64,000 nucleotides of DNA from NCBI GenBank assembly GCA_964349465.1, contig CAYGGC010000001.1:33428-97427 (forward strand), written 5' to 3'. Positions 50,883 through 60,290 of this stretch are shown in pieces. Position numbers and translations under genes: made by a program. Each line of letters opens with the position of its first letter. Positions within the stretch are counted from its first letter, which is position 1. Source of the DNA: an uncultured Gammaproteobacteria bacterium. Its GTDB lineage: Bacteria; Patescibacteriota; Patescibacteriia; SBBC01; CAIJZX01. Below the pieces are notes generated by a model, which saw nothing but the letters and a program-made list of their open reading frames with translations, made no database searches and had not been told where the DNA came from.

Positions 50883-52430
50883 ATGGTGTTGCCGTGGCGT
50901 CGAATGAGCCCCCCAATCTTGCTTGTCTGGGTTGGCATTGTCGCGTATACCCTGGCCTTGTCCTGGTTTTCTTTGGGCCGGGCCCATAACTTCAATGCCG
51001 GTTGGTATGATTTGGGTATTATGTCCCAGACGGTCTGGAATGTTGGGCATGGCCATGGGTTTATGTTCACCAACCCGGAGCTTGGCCCGAATGGCCAGCA
51101 TGGAGTTCTCATGGCGCGGTCGGCGATTCACGCTGATTATTTCCTGATGCTCTTGGCTCCGCTGAGCTGGTTTGGTTCGACGAGCGACAATCTCCTCGTC
51201 GCGCAAACAATTATTCTGGCTCTCGGGGCCTGGCCACTGTTTTTATTGACGAGACGGTTAACTGGACGACCTTGGCTCGGTGCGTTATTGGCCTGGGTGT
51301 ATTTGCTCTATCCGCCGCTCCAAGGCGCGAACCTGTTTGACTTTCACTCGGTGACGTTGTCCGTAACCTTCTTCTTAGCCGCGGCTGAGGCGGTTGTGGC
51401 CAAGCGTCATCGCTGGTTTTGGGTGTGGGTTGGACTGTCGCTGATCACCAAAGAGCAGGTCGGAGTGACGATCGGTCTCCTTGGCGGAGCGTTGTATTGG
51501 TGGAGTGGGGAGCGACGCCGAGCGTTCTGGGCACTAGCTATTCCGTGGGCCTGGACGCTACTCCAGTTGTTTGTCGCGATTCCGCTGTCTCGCCCAGGCC
51601 AAACGAGCCACTTTATCTACCAGAAGTTTTATGATGTTGAAGGGGAGAGCCCGCGTACAATCCTAAAAACGATAGTGAACCCACGCCGTGCGTGGGATTT
51701 ATTGGCGACGAAGACCCACTTGAATGCGGCTTGGCAGCTCGCGTTACCCCTCGGGCTCCTTCTTCCGTTACTTAGTCCGATTGTCTTGCTTGCCTTACCC
51801 GAAGTACTTCTCTATTGGCTCTGGGACACGCCGAACCCGCAAACCCTCTTTTTTCATTACCACGCTTTGTTTATTCCCTTCCTGTTCTTGGCGCTGGTTT
51901 TCAGCTGGCGTAATTTGCAGACACTTGTGACTCGTTGGTGGCCTCGGGGTCGCTTGATTATGAGTATTATCTGGATAGTGGCCGTGATAGGTGGGACTGG
52001 AGTGGCCGTTTGGAAATACAGTCCGTGGCCATGGAGCACCCAGACCCGTTGGCCGCTGGTCGATTGGAAAGAACGCTTAGCGCCGCAAGCCCGAGAGGCG
52101 CTGGCGATGATCCCGGCCTCGGCGCATGGCGTGGCGATTACTCAAAACCTCGGCGCCTTCATCAACGAGCACCCCATGGTCCAAATCGTTCCGAATGGCC
52201 TCGGGCAAGTTGATTATGTCATGGTGCTTCAGCGGAATTTTGACGCAAATACAAAGACTGATGGACGTCGCCGGTCCGAAAAAGTCATGCTTGAACAACT
52301 GATTCCATATCTACAGGCCTCGTCGGGGTATCGGCAGCTATACCATGCTGATCGGGTCTGGTTATTTCAACGAATTGGGCCATTGACCGAGCCTGAACCA
52401 ACGTGGCCAGAGAACATCCTCGGGCGGTAG
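50883..52430 (+). CDS. DUF2079-like polytopic membrane protein, paralog 2 (tandem duplicate)
   Basis: …VWNVGHGHGFMF…AIHADYFLMLLAPLSWF…; ~40% identical to paralog 1. Confidence 0.75.
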   Translation: MVLPWRRMSPPILLVWVGIVAYTLALSWFSLGRAHNFNAGWYDLGIMSQTVWNVGHGHGFMFTNPELGPNGQHGVLMARSAIHADYFLMLLAPLSWFGSTSDNLLVAQTIILALGAWPLFLLTRRLTGRPWLGALLAWVYLLYPPLQGANLFDFHSVTLSVTFFLAAAEAVVAKRHRWFWVWVGLSLITKEQVGVTIGLLGGALYWWSGERRRAFWALAIPWAWTLLQLFVAIPLSRPGQTSHFIYQKFYDVEGESPRTILKTIVNPRRAWDLLATKTHLNAAWQLALPLGLLLPLLSPIVLLALPEVLLYWLWDTPNPQTLFFHYHALFIPFLFLALVFSWRNLQTLVTRWWPRGRLIMSIIWIVAVIGGTGVAVWKYSPWPWSTQTRWPLVDWKERLAPQAREALAMIPASAHGVAITQNLGAFINEHPMVQIVPNGLGQVDYVMVLQRNFDANTKTDGRRRSEKVMLEQLIPYLQASSGYRQLYHADRVWLFQRIGPLTEPEPTWPENILGR

Positions 52431-52527
52431 GTTGTCCACAGGTAGATGGGGAGTGAAGCGTCGGAAAATATCGTGAATCTATCTCCCGAGGCGTTTTTAC
52501 AGGAGGTTTTTTCATTTTTTCCGATTC

Positions 52528-52582
52528 TTGACCCACCCCTAGATGTAGTAGTATACTACCCCCACGCAGTACTAGATGTAGT
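52528..52582 (+). promoter_or_regulatory. nrdR promoter TTGACC-18-TATACT overlapped by palindrome GTAGTATACTAC and two direct repeats CTAGATGTAGT spaced 33 bp: candidate NrdR/other operator
   Basis: Hexamers and repeats read directly; located ~165 bp upstream of nrdR ATG 52748. Confidence 0.45.
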
Positions 52583-52747
52583 GGTCATATCGAAAACGCG
52601 ATTGACCGCCTTCAAACAAAACCTCAAGAACATTCACACTCACGTCCCTGCCCAGCGGGCCCCGGTTCCCCGCCTCTCTGGCTGCTTTTGCTGGTCGTTT
52701 CAGCTCGTCTGAATTGCCTGACGCAGCGGAGTTTTCTCTATCTTCAG

Positions 52748-53221
52748 ATGAAGTGCCCATCCTGCCACAATAGCGATACGAGCGTCACTGATTCCCGCGT
52801 GACGGAAGAAGGTTTAGCGATCCGTCGTCGCCGCGAATGCGATAAATGCGGGTATCGATTCTCAACGGTCGAAGAAGTGGAAATTCTTAACTTGACGGTG
52901 GTCAAGCGGGATGGCGCTCGGGAGCCGTACGATCGCGATAAGGTTGAAGCTGGTGCGCGGAAAGCCCTGGAGAAGCGTCCGATTACTGGTGACACGTTGA
53001 AAAAGTTAATTGGCCAGATTGAACGAGATATCCAGGTTCGTGGCCGAACCGAAATTACGTCGCAACAGATTGGGGAGATCGTCATGAAACGATTACAGCG
53101 TATTGATCAGGTTGCCTACATCCGCTTTGCCTCAGTCTACCGTCAATTCCAAGATATCGAATCCTTTAAGCGCGAACTGAATCGGTTGACCGGCCCACGT
53201 CGACCAAATAAAAAAACCTAA
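52748..53221 (+). CDS. nrdR: Transcriptional repressor NrdR (zinc ribbon + ATP-cone)
   Basis: [18 protein letters not shown]…[12 protein letters not shown]…. Confidence 0.9.
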   Translation: MKCPSCHNSDTSVTDSRVTEEGLAIRRRRECDKCGYRFSTVEEVEILNLTVVKRDGAREPYDRDKVEAGARKALEKRPITGDTLKKLIGQIERDIQVRGRTEITSQQIGEIVMKRLQRIDQVAYIRFASVYRQFQDIESFKRELNRLTGPRRPNKKT

Positions 53222-53342
53222 CTCTATTTATTTCAAACTAAACCGTCCGTCCATGCCTGACTCCACGATCGCCTCGGATCGCCTCCGATCCGCCTCATCG
53301 ACCACTCGCACCGCCGCTGTTCCAAAACGGACCGGACCGGGC

Positions 53343-56300
53343 ATGAAAATTCGTCGCCTGTTTACGATGGTGGGACATGATCCGCTCGAGCAGCTTCAAT
53401 ACGAGCTTCGCTCATCGATCATCAAAAATCCGGATGGGAAGATCGTGAAAGAAATAAAGAACGTTGAAGTCCCGGTCACCTGGAGTCAGGTCGCGACCGA
53501 TATTTTAGCGCAAAAGTATTTCCGCAAAGCCGGTGTGCCACAGAAAGACGCGACCGGGAACCCGATGATCGGTGTGGACGGTCAAGCGGTGCTTGGTTCG
53601 GAAACGAGCGCGAAACAGGTGATTCGCCGCTTAGCTGGAACCTGGAGATTCTGGGGTGAAAAGTACGGCTACTTTTTTTCGAAGGAAGACGCGCAGGCCT
53701 ATCAAGACGAGATGGAGCACATGCTTATCCGCCAAATGGGTGCCCCAAACTCGCCACAATGGTTTAATACCGGCTTGAACTGGGCGTATGGCATCACCGG
53801 CAGCCCACAAGGCCACTACTATATTGAACCGGAAACCGGCGTTCTGAAGAAATCAGAAGACGCCTATACCCACCCGCAACCACACGCCTGTTTTATTCAG
53901 AAAGTGAATGACGACCTGGTGAATGAGGGTGGGATTTTTGATCTCGTAACGCGTGAAGCGCGTTTGTTTAAATTTGGTTCAGGCACGGGAAGTAATTTCT
54001 CTAATCTCCGCGGCGCGAAAGAAAAACTGTCCGGCGGTGGTACGAGCTCGGGGCTCATGTCATTCTTGCGGATCTTTGATCGCTCCGCGGGGGCGATTCA
54101 ATCCGGCGGTACGACCCGTCGAGCAGCGAAAATGGTAATCATTAACGCTGACCACCCGGATATTGAAGAATTTATAAATTGGAAAGTGATTGAAGAACAA
54201 AAAGTGGCGGCACTGGTTTCGGGGAGTAAAACAAACGCGAAATACCTGAACGAAATCATGCAGACCGCTGCGACCGAGAACACGACGGATTACCATAAGA
54301 ACGAACCGTTGAAAAAAGTGGTTCGGGCGGCGCTCCAGCGCAACGTACCGCTCAATTACATTGTTCGCGTGCTCGCGCTCGTTGAACAAGGTCACGCGAC
54401 GATTGATTTCCGAACATATTCAACCCACTTTGAGGGTGATGCGTACAACACCGTTTCCGGACAGAACTCGAACAACTCGGTCCGCGTGACAAATGAGTAT
54501 ATGGGCGCGGTCGAACGGAACCAAGATTGGAATTTAACTTCTCGTACCAATGGCTCGGTCATGAAGACATTGAAGGCTCGCGAACTGTGGGAAGAAATTG
54601 GGTATGCCGCGTGGGCTTGCGCCGACCCAGGTTTGCAATTTGATACAACCGTGAACGAATGGCACACCTGCCCTGAGGATGGTCGGATTAATGGTTCGAA
54701 TCCGTGCTCGGAATATATGTTCTTGGATGATACGGCCTGCAACCTCGCTTCAATCAACTTGGCGCATTTCTATAATGCTGAGAACGGGCAATTTGACACC
54801 GAGGGCTTTAAACACGCCGCCCGGATTTGGACGATCACGCTGGAAGTTTCCGTGTTGATGGCGCAATTCCCGAGTAAGGAAATTGCCGAGCTGTCGTATA
54901 TTTTCCGGACGCTTGGACTTGGGTATGCGAACCTCGGGACGGTCTTGATGATGATGGGCGTGCCGTACGACTCGCCGCAAGCTTTATCGATTGCTGGCGC
55001 CATTAGCGCAATTATGACCGGCGAAGCGTATGCAACCTCGGCCGAAATGGCGAGTCACCTCGGCGCTTTTCCGGGTTACGAACGGAACCGTGAACACATG
55101 CTCCGCGTTATTCGGAACCATCGCCGCGCCGCCTACAACGCTCCTGAAGGCGAGTACGAAGGGCTGACAATCAAACCGATGGGAATTAATCCCGAACACG
55201 CCTCTGACGCCCTGGTGAAATCCGCTCGTGAAACGTGGGACCGGGCCTTGCAATGGGGGAAGGAGCATGGCTTCCGCAACGCCCAAGTGACCGTCATCGC
55301 GCCAACCGGAACGATCGGCTTGATCATGGACTGTGATACGACCGGCGTCGAACCAGATTTCGCGATTGTGAAATTCAAGAAACTCGCCGGCGGCGGATAT
55401 TTCAAAATCGTTAACCAATCCGTTAACAAAGCCTTGAAGCGCCTCGGGTACTCGGAACAGCAGATTAAGGACATTGAAAACTATTCGCGTGGGGCCGGAA
55501 CCCTCGTCGGCGCACCATTCATCAATCACGAAACCTTGAAGACAAAAGGTTTGAATAGCGAAGATCTGGCCAAGATGGAGCTCTCGCTCGACGGCGCCTT
55601 CGATATCCGGTTCGTCTTAAACCCGCTAACCTTCGGTGAAGAAACCATGAAGCGCCTTGGTCTCGGCGCACACGCGAACGAAAGCGCCTTCAACGTGCTC
55701 GAAGCGCTCGGCTTCACAAAAGAACACATCAACGCTGCCAATGAATATGTGACCGGGACGATGACCACTGAAGGCGCGCCGCACCTCAAGACTGAACACT
55801 ATCCGATTTTCGATTGCGCGAATAAGTGCGGCACGAAGGGGGAGCGCTATATTGCCTACAACGCTCACGTGAAAATGATGGCCGCGGTGCAACCGTTCAT
55901 TTCTGGCGCGATCTCAAAAACGATCAACATGCCGTCGAACGCGACGATCGAAGAAGTAAAACAAGTCTATTGGGATTCGTGGAAAATGATGATCAAAGCT
56001 GTCGCGCTCTATCGCGATGGATCAAAACTTTCTCAGCCCCTCAATAGCACCTCGGAAGAGGACGAAGTGGCGATGCTGGGTGATGAGGAAGACAACGTTG
56101 CCGAAGTAACCCCGCAGATGGTCAACGCTGTTGCGACCGTGAACGCGGTGAAGCGAAAACTGCCTTCGAAGCGCGTCGGCTGGACGCAGGAAGCGGTCGT
56201 CGGTGGACACAAAGTCTTCGTTCGGACCGGCGAATATGATGATGGTCGACTCGGCGAAGTCTTCATCGATATGTATAAAGACGGCGCGGCCTATCGCTCC

Positions 56301-56759
56301 CTGATCAACTGCTTCGCGATTTCGATTTCGAAAGGCTTACAACACGGCGTACCGCTCGAAGAATACGTTGATACCTTTACCTTCACGCGGTTTGAACCCG
56401 CCGGTCCGGTCCAAGGTCATCCGAACCTGAAAATGTCGACCAGTATTCTTGATTACATTTTCCGTCTTCTGGGCTACGAGTATCTCAACCGTGATGATCT
56501 TGTCCAAGTCAAACCAGAAGCGGGTGAACATCCGGTGCAGGTCCAGCTGCCAACGATGCAACCGGTCGTGGCTGAAAAACCCCGTAGCCAAGCAACCAGC
56601 GCTGTCTCGATGAGCCCGTCCGAACCGGATTCACGCTCAACTGCCCGCGCTCAAGGCTTTACCGGTGATACTTGTACCAACTGTGGTTCAATGAAAATGA
56701 AACGCAACGGCTCGTGCATGGTCTGCATCGAGTGCGGAACCACCACCGGCTGTAGCTAA
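53343..56759 (+). CDS. nrdJ: Class II (adenosylcobalamin-dependent) ribonucleotide reductase NrdJ, long form with C-terminal Cys4 zinc ribbon (ORF track start 53253)
   Basis: N-terminus …[13 protein letters not shown]… typical of NrdJ; …[22 protein letters not shown] at C-terminus. Confidence 0.9.
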   Translation: MKIRRLFTMVGHDPLEQLQYELRSSIIKNPDGKIVKEIKNVEVPVTWSQVATDILAQKYFRKAGVPQKDATGNPMIGVDGQAVLGSETSAKQVIRRLAGTWRFWGEKYGYFFSKEDAQAYQDEMEHMLIRQMGAPNSPQWFNTGLNWAYGITGSPQGHYYIEPETGVLKKSEDAYTHPQPHACFIQKVNDDLVNEGGIFDLVTREARLFKFGSGTGSNFSNLRGAKEKLSGGGTSSGLMSFLRIFDRSAGAIQSGGTTRRAAKMVIINADHPDIEEFINWKVIEEQKVAALVSGSKTNAKYLNEIMQTAATENTTDYHKNEPLKKVVRAALQRNVPLNYIVRVLALVEQGHATIDFRTYSTHFEGDAYNTVSGQNSNNSVRVTNEYMGAVERNQDWNLTSRTNGSVMKTLKARELWEEIGYAAWACADPGLQFDTTVNEWHTCPEDGRINGSNPCSEYMFLDDTACNLASINLAHFYNAENGQFDTEGFKHAARIWTITLEVSVLMAQFPSKEIAELSYIFRTLGLGYANLGTVLMMMGVPYDSPQALSIAGAISAIMTGEAYATSAEMASHLGAFPGYERNREHMLRVIRNHRRAAYNAPEGEYEGLTIKPMGINPEHASDALVKSARETWDRALQWGKEHGFRNAQVTVIAPTGTIGLIMDCDTTGVEPDFAIVKFKKLAGGGYFKIVNQSVNKALKRLGYSEQQIKDIENYSRGAGTLVGAPFINHETLKTKGLNSEDLAKMELSLDGAFDIRFVLNPLTFGEETMKRLGLGAHANESAFNVLEALGFTKEHINAANEYVTGTMTTEGAPHLKTEHYPIFDCANKCGTKGERYIAYNAHVKMMAAVQPFISGAISKTINMPSNATIEEVKQVYWDSWKMMIKAVALYRDGSKLSQPLNSTSEEDEVAMLGDEEDNVAEVTPQMVNAVATVNAVKRKLPSKRVGWTQEAVVGGHKVFVRTGEYDDGRLGEVFIDMYKDGAAYRSLINCFAISISKGLQHGVPLEEYVDTFTFTRFEPAGPVQGHPNLKMSTSILDYIFRLLGYEYLNRDDLVQVKPEAGEHPVQVQLPTMQPVVAEKPRSQATSAVSMSPSEPDSRSTARAQGFTGDTCTNCGSMKMKRNGSCMVCIECGTTTGCS

Positions 56760-56788
56760 TATTATTCACTAACTTCCGAACGGAATGG

Positions 56789-57622
56789 TTGAACCGCTCG
56801 AAACACTGGACAAGAGAAATGGGAATATGGTTTCGTCCTAAGGACCCCTCAGCTAAACGTAAAAATGTTCAGAAGAAGCGCCAAAGCACCTCCAGCCTTG
56901 GTGCTTCTGGTAAAGTGCTAGCGAGTGTTTCAATTATTTTCAGTGGGCTGTTCGCTGCAATCGTCGCCCCGATTTTGACACCGTTTGCACAGGCCTACTA
57001 TAACAAGCATTTTGGACCTCCCAAAACTTACGTTTCTTTGACCGGAAACGAACCAACGGTGTTTGGCCAGCCCAAAGGGTGTATTAACTGGTCGTTGTCA
57101 GTGATGAAGTTGCTGAGCGAATGTGAGAACGGATATTTATTGTCAGTCGACGGGGTGCCAGAAAAATCTCGAGTGGATTTCGAAATTATCCCGTGCTCCG
57201 ATAAGTTGAACACATATATAATTTTGGAAAACGGGTTTATGTTATTTATAGGTGACGGTGACCGTCGGTCGGTGATTCTAAAAAAAATGAACGCCGATGG
57301 AACATGGAGCTATTGGAAACCGGATGGCTACGAAAAGGAGAAAGTGTTTCTTCCTTCCGAAATTCCAATCAACCACGCCTTACGTGGAGCTATAGATATT
57401 GATGCAAAACCCAAGGAATCTGGTTCTCGAGAGGTTGAGCTTTCCATGCGCTTTTATGATGCTGACGGGGCGTTGATTGAATCAGGTGAAATTACATGGA
57501 ACTTTACGCTCACACATAGTTTTGACTCCGATGCGCGAGTTGGAATTGGCCTGGCGGATCCGTATCTAAACACCTCTCCATGCGTAAAAATTAATACATT
57601 TAAGGTGACTAGCCGAGACTAA
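56789..57622 (+). CDS. Hypothetical membrane-anchored protein; markedly lower GC than flanks
   Basis: Hydrophobic segment LASVSIIFSGLFAAIVAPIL; AT-rich codons; no family recognised; stop overlaps btuR start. Confidence 0.6.
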   Translation: MNRSKHWTREMGIWFRPKDPSAKRKNVQKKRQSTSSLGASGKVLASVSIIFSGLFAAIVAPILTPFAQAYYNKHFGPPKTYVSLTGNEPTVFGQPKGCINWSLSVMKLLSECENGYLLSVDGVPEKSRVDFEIIPCSDKLNTYIILENGFMLFIGDGDRRSVILKKMNADGTWSYWKPDGYEKEKVFLPSEIPINHALRGAIDIDAKPKESGSREVELSMRFYDADGALIESGEITWNFTLTHSFDSDARVGIGLADPYLNTSPCVKINTFKVTSRD

Positions 57623-58197
57623 TGCCTCTACGCGCTCCAAAAACCCTCCGTGCCGCTGACCGTGGTCTCACCCATGCCTATATTGGTGACGGCAAAGGAA
57701 AAACCACCGCCGCGGTTGGTACTGCAGTCCGGGCGGTTGGGTACGGTTGGAAGGTGTGTTTTCTCCAGTTCGTCAAGGAGGCAGCCTGGCCGAGCGGGGA
57801 GCGGCAATCGCTCCGCAAACTTGGGATCGAAGTCCTCGTCGTCGGCGAGGGATTCTTTAAAATCCTGAATGATCGGAAACCCGAGGAGGTGCATAAAGCG
57901 ACCGCCCTGAAAGCCCTCGAGGTCTTGCGGGAAAAAGTTTTCTCTGGGCAGTATAAGTTAGTTGTCGCCGATGAACTCGGTTCAGCGATTGACGAAGGGA
58001 TTCTCGAAAAAAAGTTGGTGGAAAAATTCATGAAGGATCGAGCGAAGGATAAGGTTGCAAAAATGGTTCATCTGATTTGGACCGGCCATAAAAAAATTCC
58101 ATCACTTTTGAAATATGCCGATTTGGTGACGGAAATGAAGATGGTCAAGCACCCATACTATAAAGGTATTATTGCGACCAGAGGCCTAGATTACTAA
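57622..58197 (+). CDS. btuR: Cob(I)yrinic acid a,c-diamide / cob(I)alamin adenosyltransferase (CobA/CobO/BtuR family)
   Basis: GDGKGKTTAAVGTAVRAVGYGWKVCFLQFVK P-loop and C-terminal VKHPYYKGIIATRGLDY characteristic of the family. Confidence 0.85.
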   Translation: MPLRAPKTLRAADRGLTHAYIGDGKGKTTAAVGTAVRAVGYGWKVCFLQFVKEAAWPSGERQSLRKLGIEVLVVGEGFFKILNDRKPEEVHKATALKALEVLREKVFSGQYKLVVADELGSAIDEGILEKKLVEKFMKDRAKDKVAKMVHLIWTGHKKIPSLLKYADLVTEMKMVKHPYYKGIIATRGLDY

Positions 58198-58207
58198 ACT
58201 GTGAGCT

Positions 58208-58510
58208 ATGAAATACAATAAACTTGTCCGCGATAACATCCCAGCCATCATCAGTGCTAAAGGCGGTACAGCGGTGACGCACATTGCAACGCCCGAGGAA
58301 TACGACGAAAAAGTACGGACAAAACTCCAGGAAGAAGTAACGGAATTTTTGGAGAGTAATAACCCCGAGGAGCTCGCTGATGTCCTGGAAGTTCTCTATG
58401 CAATTGCCGGCCGACTCGGTCACACGAAAGAAACCCTTGAAACACTGCGGCGACAAAAAGCCGATGAGCGGGGTGGGTTTCAAGAAGGTATTATCCTTGA
58501 GGAATCGTAG
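58208..58510 (+). CDS. Small MazG-like nucleoside triphosphate pyrophosphohydrolase domain protein
   Basis: MKYNKLVRDNIPAII…ELADVLEVLYAIA…ADERGGFQEGIILEE. Confidence 0.8.
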   Translation: MKYNKLVRDNIPAIISAKGGTAVTHIATPEEYDEKVRTKLQEEVTEFLESNNPEELADVLEVLYAIAGRLGHTKETLETLRRQKADERGGFQEGIILEES

Positions 58511-58524
58511 AGCAAACATCTAGT

Positions 58525-58700
58525 TGACGGTGAGCCGCTCTTTCGCTACACTCGAACCTCGGTAAGCCGGTGTCATTCCGGCAGGGTCCCGCCACCGTAT
58601 ACTCGGACGCCGTTCTGCCCTTGTCGATGGGTAGAAAAAGACAAGACCTTCGTGGAAAGGCAGCAATCTTCGTGCACGGATTGCCTGCTACATCACGTTG
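58525..58700 (+). promoter_or_regulatory. Probable cobalamin (AdoCbl) riboswitch in the 5' leader of the DUF4430 lipoprotein operon
   Basis: GGUAAGCCGGUGUCAUUCCGGCAGGGUCCCGCCACCGUAUAC fits the B12 element core (…GGUG.AA.UCC…CCCGCnACUGU… with B12-box GCCACCG); downstream GUGGAAAGGCAG; 223-nt untranslated gap. Confidence 0.5.
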
Positions 58701-58733
58701 GCGGGTAGTTTATTTATAACCCCCAACAAACGT

Positions 58734-59102
58734 ATGAAGAAGAAAATCCTTATCCCAGTTCTGGCGCTCGCCCTCTTCGGCGCGTCATGCTGGACACAGT
58801 CGGTCAACATCAATTCAAGGACGCTCAACGAAAACGGTAACACGAACACCGTCGCCTGTGCCGCCGCCGCGGGCAATCCGTCGTATGCTGGTCAAGACGG
58901 GAAAAATGCTTTAGAATTACTGCAAGCAGATCATCAGGTCGACGTCAGCGCCGAGGGCTTCGTTAACGCCATCGACGCGAAGAAGCCGGCCGATCGTCAA
59001 TTCTGGGCCTTCTATGTCAATTGCAAACAAGCCGAAGTCGGCGCCAAAGACTATCAAACGAAAACCAGCGACCTTGTCGAGTGGAAGCTTGAAAGTTTCT
59101 AA
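58734..59102 (+). CDS. DUF4430-like (transcobalamin-like) lipoprotein, putative surface B12-binding protein
   Basis: Lipobox LALALFGAS-C; …ELLQADHQVDVSAEGFVNAIDAKK…QFWAFYVNCKQAEVGAKDYQTKTSDLVEWKL pattern of DUF4430. Confidence 0.75.
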   Translation: MKKKILIPVLALALFGASCWTQSVNINSRTLNENGNTNTVACAAAAGNPSYAGQDGKNALELLQADHQVDVSAEGFVNAIDAKKPADRQFWAFYVNCKQAEVGAKDYQTKTSDLVEWKLESF

Positions 59103-59190
59103 GCAACCACGTCGTTCGACGCGCTCGGCAAAACCTCGCCTGACGAAGGTGAGGAAAGCTTTACCGTCTCAAACGAATACCGCCAACACC

Positions 59191-59727
59191 ATGGCGATGA
59201 CGACGGCAGTTCCCGAGCGCCCGAGCCATGGCCCGATCACTCCAGTCATGCCGAGTGCTCGGTTAGCCTTACCGACGGAGGAGTTGAACGCGAGTGCAGG
59301 ACCACTCGATTGGAAAGCGCTCGTGATGGCTGGGTTACTCGCTCTGGGTTTTTCCTCGACCTTTCTTGGGCCGGCCTTGCGCATTCAAACTGATCAACGG
59401 ATCGGCGGCCAGATTCTTGGCGAAAGCGATAGTCAGCCGCTCACGATTCCCGTGACGGTTGAACGAAATGACCAAGTGGCCACCATTGTGACGAAGCCGT
59501 CAACCGGGACGATGACCGACGCGTTGGCTCGCGCTGCCGCCAAGCTCGGCGGGACGTTACGGTACGACAGCCGCGGGTCATCAATCTACCTGACCGAATA
59601 TTTGTCGACGAAAAACACCGCCGAAGCGGCCTGGGTCGTGCGTCATAACGATGTCGTCGTGACGGACCTCAGTTCAGTGCTACTACGGCAAGGTGACACA
59701 GTGACGATTAGCTCGCGGCGACCATGA
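59191..59727 (+). CDS. Single-TM membrane protein with beta-rich extracytoplasmic domain (possibly second DUF4430-like module); ORF track start 59014 overlaps previous gene in another frame
   Basis: TM WKALVMAGLLALGFSSTFLG; …AWVVRHNDVVVTDLSSVLLRQGDTVTI. Confidence 0.5.
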   Translation: MAMTTAVPERPSHGPITPVMPSARLALPTEELNASAGPLDWKALVMAGLLALGFSSTFLGPALRIQTDQRIGGQILGESDSQPLTIPVTVERNDQVATIVTKPSTGTMTDALARAAAKLGGTLRYDSRGSSIYLTEYLSTKNTAEAAWVVRHNDVVVTDLSSVLLRQGDTVTISSRRP

Positions 59728-60290
59728 GCCTATCTCCGAAGCGTTCGGTTCTGACGATCGGCCTATTCCTTATCACCGCTGGGATTGTTTTGCGTGTTGC
59801 ACGGCATTACGGCTTGATCGAGCTGCCGCCGAACTTCGCGCCCGTGAGCGCGATCGCGATGTTTGGCGCGGTTCTGTTACCGCGCCGCTGGGCGGTGATT
59901 ATCCCTTTTGTTCTGATGTTCGCGAGCGATTGGCTGATCGGGTTTTACCTTCTGCCGATTATGCTGACGGTCTACGCGAGCTTTGGTGTGAGCATCGTGA
60001 TTGGTTGGTGGCTGCGACGACGCGTGACGACCGGCCGAGTGTTAGCGAGTAGCCTCGTTGGCTCGATTGTTTTTTTTCTCGCGACCAACGCGGCTGATTG
60101 GGGGTTTGGGAACTGGTACCCGCATACGATGGCCGGGTTACTCCAGGCCTATGCTGCCGGACTTCCATTCTTTCGAAATACGGTCCTCGGCGACCTGATC
60201 TACACGGGTGTTGCTTTTGGCGTCTACGGCGCTGTTATGGTATATTTCCGGCGTCGCGCCACCGTAACCGCGACCGTCAATGGCCAATAA
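59724..60290 (+). CDS. Small polytopic (5-6 TM) membrane protein; candidate ECF-type S component (substrate possibly cobalamin, by operon context)
   Basis: 188 aa, hydrophobic throughout; translationally coupled within riboswitch operon. Confidence 0.65.
   Translation: MSLSPKRSVLTIGLFLITAGIVLRVARHYGLIELPPNFAPVSAIAMFGAVLLPRRWAVIIPFVLMFASDWLIGFYLLPIMLTVYASFGVSIVIGWWLRRRVTTGRVLASSLVGSIVFFLATNAADWGFGNWYPHTMAGLLQAYAAGLPFFRNTVLGDLIYTGVAFGVYGAVMVYFRRRATVTATVNGQ

Noticed and set aside
53280-53315. Short tandem repeat gatcgcctc / gatcgcctcc / gatccgcctc upstream of nrdJ
   Set aside because: Only three imperfect 9-10-bp copies with no spacers, so not a CRISPR array. Most likely a low-complexity leader or N-terminal coding sequence. 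No B12-box found there.
59014-59190. 5' extension of ORF 59014-59727 overlapping the DUF4430 lipoprotein gene
   Set aside because: Different frame overlapping a well-supported gene; an internal Met (59191) just after the upstream stop gives a sensible start with a TM segment.
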